This document shows positions 9,601 through 20,430 of a DNA stretch of 64,000 nt, in pieces. The stretch's first letter is position 1. Each line of letters opens with the position of its first letter. The notes beneath the pieces were generated by a model. It had not been told where the DNA came from. It searched no databases and saw only the letters and a program-made list of their open reading frames with translations. Origin of the DNA: Patescibacteria group bacterium. Lineage in GTDB: Bacteria; Patescibacteriota; Microgenomatia; UBA8517. The DNA lies in assembly GCA_036835125.1 (NCBI GenBank), contig DAITMO010000001.1, positions 319,508-383,507 of the forward strand, given 5' to 3'. The position numbers and the translations under genes were made by a program.

Positions 9601-11148
9601 ATGATTAAGATTTTAAAAAAGAATTGGAAATTTATTCTCATACTTTTTATTTTGTTGAGTTTAAGTGTGGGGATTAGACTTATCAATCTCACAAAGATTC
9701 CTGTATTTGCTGATGAAGCAATTTATGTCAGATGGTCTCAAGTGATGAGGGCGGAACAAACCTTGAGATTTTTGCCTTTAAGCGATGGAAAACAACCTTT
9801 ATATATGTGGCTTGTGATTCCGTTTTTCAAAGTATTTTCTGATCCACTTTTTGCAGGAAGATTTGTTTCTATAATGTCTGGAATTGGGACATTACTGGGA
9901 ATAATAACTCTTTCCTACTTACTCTTTAAAAACAAAACAGTTACAGTTGTTGCTGCATTATTTTATGCACTTTCTCCGTTTACATTTTTCTTTGACAGGA
10001 TGGCGCTTGCCGATTCACTTCTTTCAATGTTTGGGATTTGGACATTTATATTTGCATATTTGGCAGTTAGCAAACAAAGATTGGACTTTGCAATGCTTAC
10101 AGGGTTTGCTCTAGGGGGAGCTTGGCTTACAAAATCACCAGCACTTTTCTTTACCCTCATGCTTCCAGTTTTTTGGCTATTTGCTCCATGGAAGAAGGAA
10201 AAGAAAGAAAACTTATTGGTCTTAGGGAAAACTATTTTCTTTACACTTGTAGCAGCGGCAATCGGATACGGTTTTTATAACATTTTAAGACTTGGTCCAA
10301 ACTTTCACCTTATTTCCTCAAGGAATATGGATTATGTTTATCCAGTTAGTCACATATTTGAAAGACCTTTTGATCCTTTGAAGACTTTCATAATTGCAAG
10401 TTTCAAATGGTACTTTGTGATGGGACCTATTTCTTTATTGGTTCTTGGGGTAACTGGTACTATTTCTAACATTAAAAAATTTTGGAAAATAATTGCTATT
10501 CTTTTATTCTGGTTTTTGGTTCCTCTTGTTATCCAGTGTGAGTTTGCTAAAACCCTGACTGCAAGATACATTCTTTATCCTTTGCCTTATTTGATGATTT
10601 TGGCGGCATCTTTCTTTGTTACAAAAAAGAATTTGTTTAAAAAGATTGGATTTTTATTTGTAATTCTTTTCGTCGTTCAATCAAGTATTTTTGTTTACAA
10701 TTTAATAACCAATCCTGAGAGGGCAAATCTTCCAAGGGTTGAGAGATCAGGATACCTGGAGGAATGGACTGCAGGACAAGGAATAAAGGAAACTGCAGAC
10801 TATTTAATAAACGAAGAAAAGAATAATCCTAATGAGCAAATTGTGATTGGAACTGAAGGATATTTTGGAACGCTTCCTGACGGACTTCAAATGTATTTAA
10901 ATGATCATCCTAGAATTGTTGTGATTGGAGTGGGTTTGAATTTTGATAAACTCCCAAATTCTCTTTATGAATCCAAAAAAGCTGGAAACAAAACTTATTT
11001 ACTTGCAAATACATCAAGGTATTATGGAGATCCTGAGGAAAAAGGTTTAACTCTTATTGCTGAATATCCAAAAGCAGAAAAACCTAATGGAACATATGAA
11101 TCACTACTTCTTTTTGAGGTGACAAATGTTGAAAGTATTCAGAAATAA
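9601..11148 (+). CDS. GT39/PMT_2 (ArnT-like) polytopic membrane glycosyltransferase, GT-C fold
   Basis: First-loop DE motif (PVFADEAIYVRWSQ) after TM1, many TM helices, and a C-terminal soluble domain. Length 515 aa. Confidence 0.65.
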   Translation: MIKILKKNWKFILILFILLSLSVGIRLINLTKIPVFADEAIYVRWSQVMRAEQTLRFLPLSDGKQPLYMWLVIPFFKVFSDPLFAGRFVSIMSGIGTLLGIITLSYLLFKNKTVTVVAALFYALSPFTFFFDRMALADSLLSMFGIWTFIFAYLAVSKQRLDFAMLTGFALGGAWLTKSPALFFTLMLPVFWLFAPWKKEKKENLLVLGKTIFFTLVAAAIGYGFYNILRLGPNFHLISSRNMDYVYPVSHIFERPFDPLKTFIIASFKWYFVMGPISLLVLGVTGTISNIKKFWKIIAILLFWFLVPLVIQCEFAKTLTARYILYPLPYLMILAASFFVTKKNLFKKIGFLFVILFVVQSSIFVYNLITNPERANLPRVERSGYLEEWTAGQGIKETADYLINEEKNNPNEQIVIGTEGYFGTLPDGLQMYLNDHPRIVVIGVGLNFDKLPNSLYESKKAGNKTYLLANTSRYYGDPEEKGLTLIAEYPKAEKPNGTYESLLLFEVTNVESIQK

Positions 11149-12508
11149 ACTATTACCAATAATTAAAAAATATTTGCCAATTATTTTTATTGTACTATTG
11201 GCACTATTTTTGCGTACATATTTACTTCCAACTCGCGCTCTGTTTGATGCTGATCAGGAGGAAATTGCTTTTAAAGCAAAGGAAATTCTTTCTGGAAATC
11301 CTGTTCTTTTAGGACCCAAAACGAGTTTGGGTGGATTTTCAATCGGGCCAGGATTTAGTTATATTTGGGCATTTTTCTCTGTATTAACAAAAGGTCATCC
11401 TATTGCAGGAGCTTATGCCTCGATATTTTTAGGAATACTTACTATTGTGGGTATTTATTTTATATCAAGAAAAATTTTTTCAGAGAAAGTGGGACTAATT
11501 CTTTCTTTTATAATTGCTTTTTCAAACTCCTTCATAGCATGGGATCAAGGTCCTTGGGCACCTTCACTGTTTCATATTTCAGAGATAATTATTTTTTACG
11601 GACTCTATATTTCAAAGAAGAGCAAAATGGGAATACCTTTAATAGCATTAGGTTTAGTTATGGCATTTCAATCACATTTTGCGGTGTTTTTGTTGATCCT
11701 CCCAATTGTAATTTACTTACTTGTATATAAGCCGATGATTAGTAAAAAAACCTTTATTGTTACCTTGTTAATACTATTGATAGGTGTCATGCCTCTTTTG
11801 GTTTATGACATTCTTCATAATTTTGTGAATTTTAATCGTCTTATTTCTGTTTTTTCTTTAGGTGTTTCAGGAGTGCCACCTTCAAAATTAAAATTAATTT
11901 ATACTCTCATTCAAAACTCAGTAAGTGTAATAGTGGTGAGTTTGCCCATTTTTCTCAGGTACGCTATTTTTATTTTGTTAATGGGTATAACTGTTTTTGG
12001 AATATTTAAAGATAAAAAATATCGATCACTAATTCTATTATTTCTTCTTTTTATATTTGTTCCTTTAATTGAGTTTATGTTTTATAGTTCAAGCTTCTCC
12101 GAATATTATCTTATGACAGTAGTAACTCCCTTTGTGTTTATTTTAGGGTATTTGTTAAGCAAAATTAAAAACAATACTCTAATTATTATTGCCTTGATTT
12201 TGTTTTTGGTTCAAAACATGAGAGCTTTTATAAATTTTAAAAGGTCTATCAATCTTGGAGCAAAAGACAGAGTTGTTCAAAAAATAGTGGAAATGGAAGG
12301 GTTTTCAGGTTATGGAGTGTCTATTAGTACAGAACCTGGACAAAATTTCGGTTTTTCATATTTATTTGATTACTACAAAGCTACACCAAACATTCCTCCA
12401 AAAAGTGGAGAGGAAAAAATATTTACAATAATAGTTCCTCCTGGATTTGATGGTATTGAGCCAATTTTTGCTGTTGATGGAGTGGGACTTCGTTGGGAGG
12501 GGATATGA
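11126..12508 (+). CDS. polytopic membrane protein, GT-C-like (ArnT/PMT_2-related)
   Basis: N-terminal TM helix followed by an acidic loop (FDADQEEIAF) and about 12 TM helices. A strong RBS (GAGGTG) sits 5 nt upstream of the ATG. The ORF overlaps the upstream gene by 23 nt. Confidence 0.5.
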   Translation: MLKVFRNKLLPIIKKYLPIIFIVLLALFLRTYLLPTRALFDADQEEIAFKAKEILSGNPVLLGPKTSLGGFSIGPGFSYIWAFFSVLTKGHPIAGAYASIFLGILTIVGIYFISRKIFSEKVGLILSFIIAFSNSFIAWDQGPWAPSLFHISEIIIFYGLYISKKSKMGIPLIALGLVMAFQSHFAVFLLILPIVIYLLVYKPMISKKTFIVTLLILLIGVMPLLVYDILHNFVNFNRLISVFSLGVSGVPPSKLKLIYTLIQNSVSVIVVSLPIFLRYAIFILLMGITVFGIFKDKKYRSLILLFLLFIFVPLIEFMFYSSSFSEYYLMTVVTPFVFILGYLLSKIKNNTLIIIALILFLVQNMRAFINFKRSINLGAKDRVVQKIVEMEGFSGYGVSISTEPGQNFGFSYLFDYYKATPNIPPKSGEEKIFTIIVPPGFDGIEPIFAVDGVGLRWEGI

Positions 12509-12560
12509 ACGGAATTGCTTAAATTATAATCTGAAATTATAATTCTTGAAGAGATTATCT

Positions 12561-13802
12561 ATGAACAACAATCAAAAACGGATATCTACTAAGTTTTTTG
12601 TTTACAAAATACTCACAAACCTTTGGTTTTTAGGAGCCGTTTGGTTATATTTCTATAGAATCTATATAAATGACGCACAAATTGGGATTCTTGACAGTGT
12701 TGCATTTACAATTGGTCTTATAGCAGAAGTGCCTTCAGGTGTTTTGGCTGACAGATTTGGTAGAGATAAAATGGTAAGGCTTGGGCAATTTCTTGCAGGA
12801 AGTGGTCTTATCATCCAAGGGTTTGGTCATAGTCTAACCCAATTTATTTTTGGACAAGCAGTAATGATGATTGGTGTATCTTTTGTTTCTGGAGCAGATG
12901 AAGCTCTATTTTTTGATCAGCTTAAATTTAAAAAGGAATCACCTTTGTGGAGAAAACTAATAACAAGGGGGTCTCAAATAGCTCTTATAGGTACAACCAC
13001 TGCTACTATTCTTGGTGGTTGGATCTATGGTATCGATCCAAGAATACCATGGATAATATCTGGAATCTCTTTAATAGGATCTGTTGGCGTAATATGGTCT
13101 ATTAAAGATACAAGAGTAAAGAAAGGTGGCCAAAGAGTTTTTGATGAACTCAAAGAACAATTGATCAGTATTAAGACGGGTTTTGCAGAATTCTTTACAA
13201 CAAAACTCTTTTTGTATATTCCAATTATAATAACTGTTCAGGGAGTTTTTTATGCTGCAGGATGGGGCCTCTTAAAATTGGTGTTAATGAACAGATTTTA
13301 CTTCGATCCTTTTGCTGGATCAATAGTGATTGCGGCTTGTAGTTTAATTACAGTTGCCGTTTTGGGCTATATGCATAAACATGCTGAAAATCTTAGCGAA
13401 AAAAAAGTATTGACACTAATATCTTTTCTTGCCACTGCAAGTCTTTTATTGTCAGTAGCAAATATTGGATGGTGGGGATTCTTGGTTATTTTGACCTTAC
13501 ACGCAGGTGAGTATGTTTTGGTTCCTTTTATGAGTGAGGTTGTAAACTACCGTACTGGTGAAAATCAAAGAGCGACAGTTTTGTCTGTTGCTTCTTTTCT
13601 TAGGACTCTACCATATGTAGCTTTAGCACCCATAATTGGTAGCTTGAATACCCAAAATAAATTGGAATACTTCTTAGTTTTTTGGGCAATTTTGATAGTA
13701 TCTGCTGTTGTAATTTATTTAGTTTTCAAAAAGAAAGATGTCAAAATCAGTTTGATTAAAGAGAAAGTTGTAGAAGGACGTGTTCCAGAGATAAAGACTT
13801 AA
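12561..13802 (+). CDS. MFS transporter
   Basis: MFS signature GVLADRFGRDKMVRLG after TM2 and about 12 TM helices. The ATG at 12561 is preferred; the ORF track's upstream start is TTG. Confidence 0.7.
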   Translation: MNNNQKRISTKFFVYKILTNLWFLGAVWLYFYRIYINDAQIGILDSVAFTIGLIAEVPSGVLADRFGRDKMVRLGQFLAGSGLIIQGFGHSLTQFIFGQAVMMIGVSFVSGADEALFFDQLKFKKESPLWRKLITRGSQIALIGTTTATILGGWIYGIDPRIPWIISGISLIGSVGVIWSIKDTRVKKGGQRVFDELKEQLISIKTGFAEFFTTKLFLYIPIIITVQGVFYAAGWGLLKLVLMNRFYFDPFAGSIVIAACSLITVAVLGYMHKHAENLSEKKVLTLISFLATASLLLSVANIGWWGFLVILTLHAGEYVLVPFMSEVVNYRTGENQRATVLSVASFLRTLPYVALAPIIGSLNTQNKLEYFLVFWAILIVSAVVIYLVFKKKDVKISLIKEKVVEGRVPEIKT

Positions 13803-13858
13803 AAATAATGGTTCTTCTCATTCAGCATATGGGCACGCTTCGTGATAAAATTTAAGGT

Positions 13859-15352
13859 ATGAAGACAGATGGAGTCGAGCCAGGTTTGGATTCTACAGAC
13901 GAGATAAGTCTCGAGACTGTTAAGGCAAGAAGCATCAAAGGGGTTGTTGCTCTAACTGGAAGATATTTTGTTCTCTATGCAATTACCCTTGTTTCCCAGG
14001 GAATCTTGGGGGCACTTCTCACAACATCCCAATTTGGTATTTTTGGAGTAGTTTCTGCAATTGTTAACTTCTTAGTTTATTTTTCTGATATAGGGCTTGC
14101 TGCAGCATTAATTCAAAAGAAGGAGAAGATTGAAGCAGAAGACTTAAAAACTACTTTTACAGTTCAACAGATATTAGTTGCTGTTCTTCTTATTGGTACT
14201 TTTATGTTATCCCCCTGGATTAAAAGATTCTACGGACTTGATCAGAGTGCAATTTTTCTTCTTTATGCTTTGGGTGTTTCATTTTTGTTGTCTTCTTTAA
14301 AAACTATTCCTTCAGTTCTTTTGGAAAGGGGACTTAAATTTGAAAAACTTGCAATATCAAACATATTAGAGAGCATTGCATATAATATTTGTTTGGTTTT
14401 CTTTGCTTGGAAGGGTTTTGGAATAACAAGTTTTACAATAGCAGTATTGGTGCGGGGTGTTGTAGGGCTTGTTGTTCTTTATTTCTTCCAGCCATGGAAG
14501 CCTGCTTTGGCACTGTCTCGGAAATCTCTTTCAAAACTTCTTAAGTTTGGAATTCCATATCAGATAAATACTTTCATTGCGGTTCTTAAGGATGATGGAT
14601 TGACTTTGGTTCTTGGAAAAGTTATGGGTGTGTCAGCTCTTGGTATTTTAGTTTGGGCTCAGAAGTGGATACAAATTCCTTTAAGGGTCGTAATGGATAA
14701 TGTTACAAGGGTAATGTTTCCTGCTTTTTCCAGGATGCAGGATGATACAGAGAATTTAAAAAGAAGCGTTACCCGCTCAATTTTTTTTACAACAGTTTTG
14801 GTTTTTCCGGCAACCGTTGCAATAGTCCTCCTTTTTCCTGTTGTTACTAATATCATTCCGAAATATCAGCAGTGGTTACCCGCAATTCTTCCTTTAACAC
14901 TTCTATCTATTAATGTTCTATTTGCAGCGATTACTACACAGCTTACAAACCTTCTTAATGCAATTGGGAAAATTAAGATTACTTCAGCTCTTATGGTAAT
15001 GTGGACGGTCCTAACGTGGGTATTGGTCCCATATTTGGCAAAGAGGTTTGGTGCAACAGGCGCAGCAGCGGGTTATGCAGCCGTGGGAGCTTCATCCATA
15101 ATTGCAATATTTATTGTTAAAAAATATGTAAACTTCTCTCTAATTGATGGAGCCCTTAAACCCTTCTTTGCTTCTATTGTGATGGGGGTGACACTTTTGG
15201 TTTTAAGGCATTTCTTACCACAAAACCTAGCTTCTCTTGGAATATTGATTGTTATTGGCTTGACTACCTATGCTCTTTCTATCCTTGCCTTGGTTGGCGC
15301 CTCTTTAGTTGAAGATGTTAAAAAAGGACTTTCTGCAATCGTTAAAAAATAA
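13859..15352 (+). CDS. Wzx-like oligo/polysaccharide flippase (PST/MOP superfamily)
   Basis: About 497 aa and 12-14 TM helices. The overall pattern is typical of PST-family polysaccharide biosynthesis (Wzx) proteins. A good RBS (AAGGT) is present. Confidence 0.65.
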   Translation: MKTDGVEPGLDSTDEISLETVKARSIKGVVALTGRYFVLYAITLVSQGILGALLTTSQFGIFGVVSAIVNFLVYFSDIGLAAALIQKKEKIEAEDLKTTFTVQQILVAVLLIGTFMLSPWIKRFYGLDQSAIFLLYALGVSFLLSSLKTIPSVLLERGLKFEKLAISNILESIAYNICLVFFAWKGFGITSFTIAVLVRGVVGLVVLYFFQPWKPALALSRKSLSKLLKFGIPYQINTFIAVLKDDGLTLVLGKVMGVSALGILVWAQKWIQIPLRVVMDNVTRVMFPAFSRMQDDTENLKRSVTRSIFFTTVLVFPATVAIVLLFPVVTNIIPKYQQWLPAILPLTLLSINVLFAAITTQLTNLLNAIGKIKITSALMVMWTVLTWVLVPYLAKRFGATGAAAGYAAVGASSIIAIFIVKKYVNFSLIDGALKPFFASIVMGVTLLVLRHFLPQNLASLGILIVIGLTTYALSILALVGASLVEDVKKGLSAIVKK

Positions 15353-17042
15353 GTTTCTGCCAATTTTTATTATTTTGGTTGGGTCTGCCGTGTGGTCACT
15401 AACAATGGTCAGAAGCGGTCTTTGCTGGAATGAAGGATGTAGTGGCGGACTTGGATTTTGGGGAGCAAATGGACATGATGGCCTCTGGCACCTTTCTTTA
15501 ATTAACAATTTTGCAAACGGGAATTTTGGAAATCCAGTATTCGCAGGTTATCCTCTTCAAAATTATCACATTGGTTTTGATCTTTTGCTTTCTTGGGTTG
15601 TTAGATTAACTGGAGTTTCGGCAAGCGTTTTATATTTTCAAATTGTTCCACCGCTTTTGGCAGTGTTGGTAGGTGCTTTAGTTTATAAGTTTGTTTATCT
15701 TTGGAAGAAATCTAATTCTGCATCAGCTATTGCTATTTTCTTTGTTTATTTTGGTGGAAGTATGGGATGGATTGTTTCACTTTTAAGAAGTAGTACATGG
15801 GGAGGGGAGAGTATGTTTTGGTCGATGCAGTCAGTTTCCACATTAATCAACCCTCCTTTTGCTCTTTCTCTTGTTTTAATACTTCTTGGATTAATCTCTA
15901 TATTTAAATATCAGGAAAAGAAAAAGTTAATAAATATTATTCTTGCGATATTGTGTTTTGGGCTTTTAGCAGCAGTTAAAATATATGCGTCACTTCTTGT
16001 TCTTACAGCTCTTTTTGTTTCTGGGATTTATTCATTGGTTGTTAAGCGTAATCCGTTAATTAGCAGGGTGTTTATTGGAACTCTTATTGTCTCAATTTTG
16101 TTATATATTCCTTTGAATGGTTTTTCGGGAGGTAATCTTGTTACCTGGAAACCGTTCTGGTTTTTGGAATCAATGATGGCGCTTTCCGATAGGGTTGGCT
16201 GGCAAAAGTTTTATTCTGCAATGACCACTTATAGAATGGGAGGTGTTTGGGGAAAGGCAATAATTGCCTATACGGCAGCATTTCTGATATTTGTGATTGG
16301 CAACTTCGGAACAAGAATATTGGCTCTAAAATCTGTTTTTGGAAATGTTAGAAAAGTTTTTCAACTCACATGGCTGTCTGTTTTCCTAATGATTTTAATT
16401 TTGGCAGGAATTACTGTCCCAACATTTTTTGTTCAGAAAGGAACTGCTTGGAATACTATTCAATTTCTTTATTACTCTTTGTTCTTTACTGGAATTATTG
16501 CGGGGGTAGAAATAGAAGCTTTGATTAAGAGAAAAAGTGTTGTGATTAAATTGATTGTTGTAGGTTCTTTAATTTTGTTTACTATTCCGACAACTGTTGC
16601 AGCTCTTGAAAGCTATATGTCAATTGCCCCTCAATCTATACTTCCAGAGAAAGAAGCTGAAGCACTAAGTTTTCTTAACAAACAAGATAATGGAGTAGTG
16701 TTGACTTATCCATACATAAAAGGTGGCACATTGGAAAATGGGCCAACATCACTCTATCTTTATACAACCACAGCATATGTATCTGCATATTCAGGTAAGC
16801 CAGTATTTTTGGAAGATGAAATGAACTTGGGAATAATGCAGTATGATTTTGAAACGAGACGGGAATCTGTTGAGCAGTTTTTAGACACCTTAGATGAAAA
16901 AGAAGCCTATCAGTTTTTAAGAGACAACAATATAACCTATGTCTACTGGCTAAAGGACCAGCATGCAAGAGTCGGGGATAAACAGCTTGGACTTACCAAA
17001 ATATTTGATAATGGGGATGCTACAATTTATGTAGTAAATTGA
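15309..17042 (+). CDS. polytopic membrane protein, putative GT-C-like glycosyltransferase (inverted paralog of 25093..26955)
   Basis: Shares the motifs GANGHDGLWH...NP.FAG...Y...GGESMFW with the minus-strand gene at 25093..26955. Start is ambiguous (TTG at 15309, ATG at 15315) and overlaps the upstream flippase gene. Confidence 0.5.
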   Translation: MKMLKKDFLQSLKNKFLPIFIILVGSAVWSLTMVRSGLCWNEGCSGGLGFWGANGHDGLWHLSLINNFANGNFGNPVFAGYPLQNYHIGFDLLLSWVVRLTGVSASVLYFQIVPPLLAVLVGALVYKFVYLWKKSNSASAIAIFFVYFGGSMGWIVSLLRSSTWGGESMFWSMQSVSTLINPPFALSLVLILLGLISIFKYQEKKKLINIILAILCFGLLAAVKIYASLLVLTALFVSGIYSLVVKRNPLISRVFIGTLIVSILLYIPLNGFSGGNLVTWKPFWFLESMMALSDRVGWQKFYSAMTTYRMGGVWGKAIIAYTAAFLIFVIGNFGTRILALKSVFGNVRKVFQLTWLSVFLMILILAGITVPTFFVQKGTAWNTIQFLYYSLFFTGIIAGVEIEALIKRKSVVIKLIVVGSLILFTIPTTVAALESYMSIAPQSILPEKEAEALSFLNKQDNGVVLTYPYIKGGTLENGPTSLYLYTTTAYVSAYSGKPVFLEDEMNLGIMQYDFETRRESVEQFLDTLDEKEAYQFLRDNNITYVYWLKDQHARVGDKQLGLTKIFDNGDATIYVVN

Positions 17043-17075
17043 TATCTCTATTTAAAGGTAAATTAAGGTAAATTA

Positions 17076-18773
17076 ATGAAGAAACTTACTACATTATTTA
17101 AGAAAAAATGGGTTTGGGTTATACTGGTTATTGCTGCAACAATCCCCACTTTTACAAGTTTAATGAGACCAGGGTTTTTCCCGATGCAGGATGATCTTCA
17201 GGCTTTCAGAATTTACGAAATGGATAAATGCTTTTCCGATTTTCAAATTCCATGCCGTTGGGTACCTGATGCAGGATATAAGTATGGATATCCACAATTC
17301 AATTATTATCCTCCCAGTGTTTATTATCTCGGGGAGGCATTTCATAAACTAGGATTCCAATTTATAGATTCGGTAAAAATTGTTTTTGCATTAGGATACA
17401 TTCTATCTGCCTTAACAATGTTTCTTCTTGTGAGTGAAATATTTGGTAATTTCCCGGGATTTGTTTCAGGGGTTATTTATACATACGTTCCATATAAAGC
17501 AATGGAAGTTTATGTCAGGGGGGCTATGAGTGAGTTCTGGTCACTTGTTTTTTATCCTTTGATTTTTTGGGCAGTTTATAAACTTATTAAAACATTAAAG
17601 AAAAAGTATATTGCTGTGTTGGGAATATCCTTGGCGCTTCTTTTAACAACACACCTTCTTATGTCAATGATTTTTTCTTTGTCTGCAGTTGTATGGACCA
17701 TCTATTGGTTGGTCAAAGAGAAAAAGGTGAAAGAAATTGGTAAGGTGATTGCTGGGGTAATTCTTGGAATATGTTTGGCTGCATTCTTTGTACTGCCGGT
17801 TATATTTGAACAAAAATATGCCCATACGGAGACAATGACAATGGGATATTTTGGATATCTTCAGCATTTTGTAAATGTCTATAAAATGTTCTTATCCAGA
17901 GAATGGGGATTTGGTTCATCTGGTTTTCCAAATGAAGTATTAAATCTTTCAACTGGAATAATCCAGTGGATTTTTGGACTTATTACAGTCGGATTGGCAG
18001 GAATTCTTTTTATCAAGAGAAAAAAGAAAGAATATCTTTTCCTTACTTTGATACTGGGAGGACTGGAAATATTTACTCTTTTCATGATGCATGCAAAATC
18101 AACTTTTATTTGGAAATTGATACCAATTCTTGCTTGGCTGCAATTTCCCTGGAGATTTCTTACTGTTAGTATTTTCCTTTTGGCAATCTTGGCTGGTATC
18201 GGAATTTATTTAATTCCAAAGTTTAAAGTGTGGATTGGGATCATTGTTATGGTAATAGCAGTAGCACTTACAGGTTCATACTTCACTCCCAAAAGCTGGC
18301 TAGATATTAGCGATACCGATCATTTTTCGGGTGTGTCATGGCAGAAGAAATTAACTATTAGTATTTTTGATTATTTACCTATATATGCAAAACTTCCGCC
18401 AATTACAGAAGCACCAGACGTGCCAGAAGTATTAGATGGCATGGCAGTATTTATGGATTATAAAAAAGGAAGTAATTATCAGGTTGGAGATATTATTGCT
18501 CACGAAGACTCCACAATACGCCTGCCTCTTTTTGATTTCCCTGGAATGAAAGTTTTTGCAAATGGAGAAGTTATTGATCATTACAACAATGACTGCAGGG
18601 GTCAGGAGTTTTGTCTTGGTTTAATTACATTTAAATTGCCTGCTGGAACTTATCACCTGGAAACAAGGCTAACAGATACTCCAATTAGAGTTGTTGGTAA
18701 CTATTTATCTTTGTTTGGAGTAGTTACCGTGTGTTATCTTTTAATAAAGAAAGATGAAAAGAATTCTAAATAA
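17076..18773 (+). CDS. YfhO-like/PTPS-related polytopic membrane protein (GT-C-like), tandem paralog 1 of 3
   Basis: Conserved N-terminal block QDDLQAFRIYEMDKCFSDFQIPCRWVPDAGYKYGYPQFNYYPP and C-terminal beta-rich block (FDFPGMKVFANGEV). The protein is about 560 aa with many TM helices. Confidence 0.55.
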   Translation: MKKLTTLFKKKWVWVILVIAATIPTFTSLMRPGFFPMQDDLQAFRIYEMDKCFSDFQIPCRWVPDAGYKYGYPQFNYYPPSVYYLGEAFHKLGFQFIDSVKIVFALGYILSALTMFLLVSEIFGNFPGFVSGVIYTYVPYKAMEVYVRGAMSEFWSLVFYPLIFWAVYKLIKTLKKKYIAVLGISLALLLTTHLLMSMIFSLSAVVWTIYWLVKEKKVKEIGKVIAGVILGICLAAFFVLPVIFEQKYAHTETMTMGYFGYLQHFVNVYKMFLSREWGFGSSGFPNEVLNLSTGIIQWIFGLITVGLAGILFIKRKKKEYLFLTLILGGLEIFTLFMMHAKSTFIWKLIPILAWLQFPWRFLTVSIFLLAILAGIGIYLIPKFKVWIGIIVMVIAVALTGSYFTPKSWLDISDTDHFSGVSWQKKLTISIFDYLPIYAKLPPITEAPDVPEVLDGMAVFMDYKKGSNYQVGDIIAHEDSTIRLPLFDFPGMKVFANGEVIDHYNNDCRGQEFCLGLITFKLPAGTYHLETRLTDTPIRVVGNYLSLFGVVTVCYLLIKKDEKNSK

Positions 18774-20430
18774 ATATTGGCCTTTAATACTTGTATTTGC
18801 TTTAAGCTTCTTTGTTACATGGCCGCTTTTTAAGTATGGATATTTTTCTCACCAAGATAATTTGCAAGTTATTCGCATCTTTGAAATGAAAAAGTGTTTT
18901 TCTGATCTGCAGATTCCATGCCGCTGGGTTCCTGATATGGGGTGGGGAAACGGATTTCCACTGTTTAATTTTTATGGTGTCTCTCTTTATTATTTGGGTG
19001 CTTTATTTAGTTATATAGTAGGCTATATTGTGTCTTCAAAAATTATTTTCTTTTTGTCCCTGGTTTTGGGGAGCTTTGGAATATACCTATTGGCAAAAAG
19101 TCTTTGGGGAAAATATGCAGGTATGGCTTCAGCGATTCTATACATGTTTGCTCCCTATAAAGCATTGGATATCTATGTCAGGGGGGCGCTTGCAGAAAGC
19201 TTTGCCTTGGCTATCATTCCTTTTGTTTTTTACTTTGGCTACAAACTTATTGTTTCCCCAAAAAACAACAAGAAACAGAACAACAAATACGGGATATTGT
19301 TCTCGCTATCTTTATTTGTTTTTATGATAACCCACAATATTATGGTTTTGATATTTATTCCAATATTGGGACTTTGGATGCTTTATTGGTTGTATGTTGA
19401 GAAGTGGAAAAATATTAAAAATGTAGTTTTATATGTATTGTTTGGAATCGGAATGTCGTGCTTTTTTATACTTCCTGCATTTCTTGAGAAGGGGCTTGTA
19501 CAAACAGAATCTTTGCTCCGGTTTGAATTGGATTTCAGGGCTAACTACTTAAGAATTTATCAGTTGTTTTTTGACCGCGTCTGGGGTTATGGAACTTCTA
19601 TTCCGGGACCGGAAGGGGGAATGAACTTTCAAATTGGCTGGCCGCACTGGCTACTGGGACTAACTTCATTGGTGTTTATTTTTAATAAAAAAGTTACCAA
19701 AAAGATGAAAGTATTAATCTTGGGAATTATTGGAGCGTTTCTTTTCTCTATATTTATGACCCACAACAAATCTACATTTATTTGGGTTAATATTAGTCTT
19801 TTAAAGTATTTCCAGTTTCCCTGGAGGTTTTTATCCCTTTCGATATTTGCCGCCTCCCTTCTCGGAGGCTTCATAGTTTCAAACTTCAGGAGTAGGTGGC
19901 AGCTTTATCTTTCTGTTGTTGTTGTACTTCTATCTGTTTTGTTAAATTGGCAGTATTTTAAGCCTAAAGAATTCTACTCTATTAAAGACAGTGAACTACT
20001 TTCTGATGCATCATGGGATGAACAAAGGAAGGGAGCGCTTCTTGATTATCTGCCTAAAACTGCCTTGGAACCAAGAGAGGAAGCGCCAGTAGAGCCATTA
20101 ATAGTTTCTGGAAATGCAAAGACAGAGAGCTTTGTGAATAATTCCAACAAATGGAAATTGGACATTGAAGTTACCGAAAGTTCGGTCATTGAAGTACCTG
20201 TTTTTTATTTCCCAAATTGGCGGGTATATGTTGACGGGAATAAATATCCTTTTACCTATGACAACATCTTGGGAAGAATTTCGTTTACTTTGGAGCCTGG
20301 TAGGTATTCTATTGATGGAAAGTTTGAGAATACACCGGTAAGAACACTGGGAAACACCCTGTCGCTTATAAGTATCATTGGGCTTGCTGTTTATACAATT
20401 TATGGAAAAAATAAGAAAATATCTAAATAA
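18754..20430 (+). CDS. YfhO-like/PTPS-related polytopic membrane protein (GT-C-like), tandem paralog 2 of 3
   Basis: HQDNLQVIRIFEMKKCFSDLQIPCRWVPDMGWGNGFPLFNFY and C-terminal YFPNWRVYVDGNKYPF are homologous blocks to 17076. The start overlaps the upstream gene by 20 nt. Confidence 0.55.
   Translation: MKRILNKYWPLILVFALSFFVTWPLFKYGYFSHQDNLQVIRIFEMKKCFSDLQIPCRWVPDMGWGNGFPLFNFYGVSLYYLGALFSYIVGYIVSSKIIFFLSLVLGSFGIYLLAKSLWGKYAGMASAILYMFAPYKALDIYVRGALAESFALAIIPFVFYFGYKLIVSPKNNKKQNNKYGILFSLSLFVFMITHNIMVLIFIPILGLWMLYWLYVEKWKNIKNVVLYVLFGIGMSCFFILPAFLEKGLVQTESLLRFELDFRANYLRIYQLFFDRVWGYGTSIPGPEGGMNFQIGWPHWLLGLTSLVFIFNKKVTKKMKVLILGIIGAFLFSIFMTHNKSTFIWVNISLLKYFQFPWRFLSLSIFAASLLGGFIVSNFRSRWQLYLSVVVVLLSVLLNWQYFKPKEFYSIKDSELLSDASWDEQRKGALLDYLPKTALEPREEAPVEPLIVSGNAKTESFVNNSNKWKLDIEVTESSVIEVPVFYFPNWRVYVDGNKYPFTYDNILGRISFTLEPGRYSIDGKFENTPVRTLGNTLSLISIIGLAVYTIYGKNKKISK

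Noticed and set aside
17043-17075. Direct repeat GGTAAATTAAGGTAAATTA upstream of 17076; considered as a CRISPR or repeat element
   Set aside because: There are only two 9-nt copies with no spacer structure. It is more likely a duplicated RBS region (AAGGT) before the start codon.
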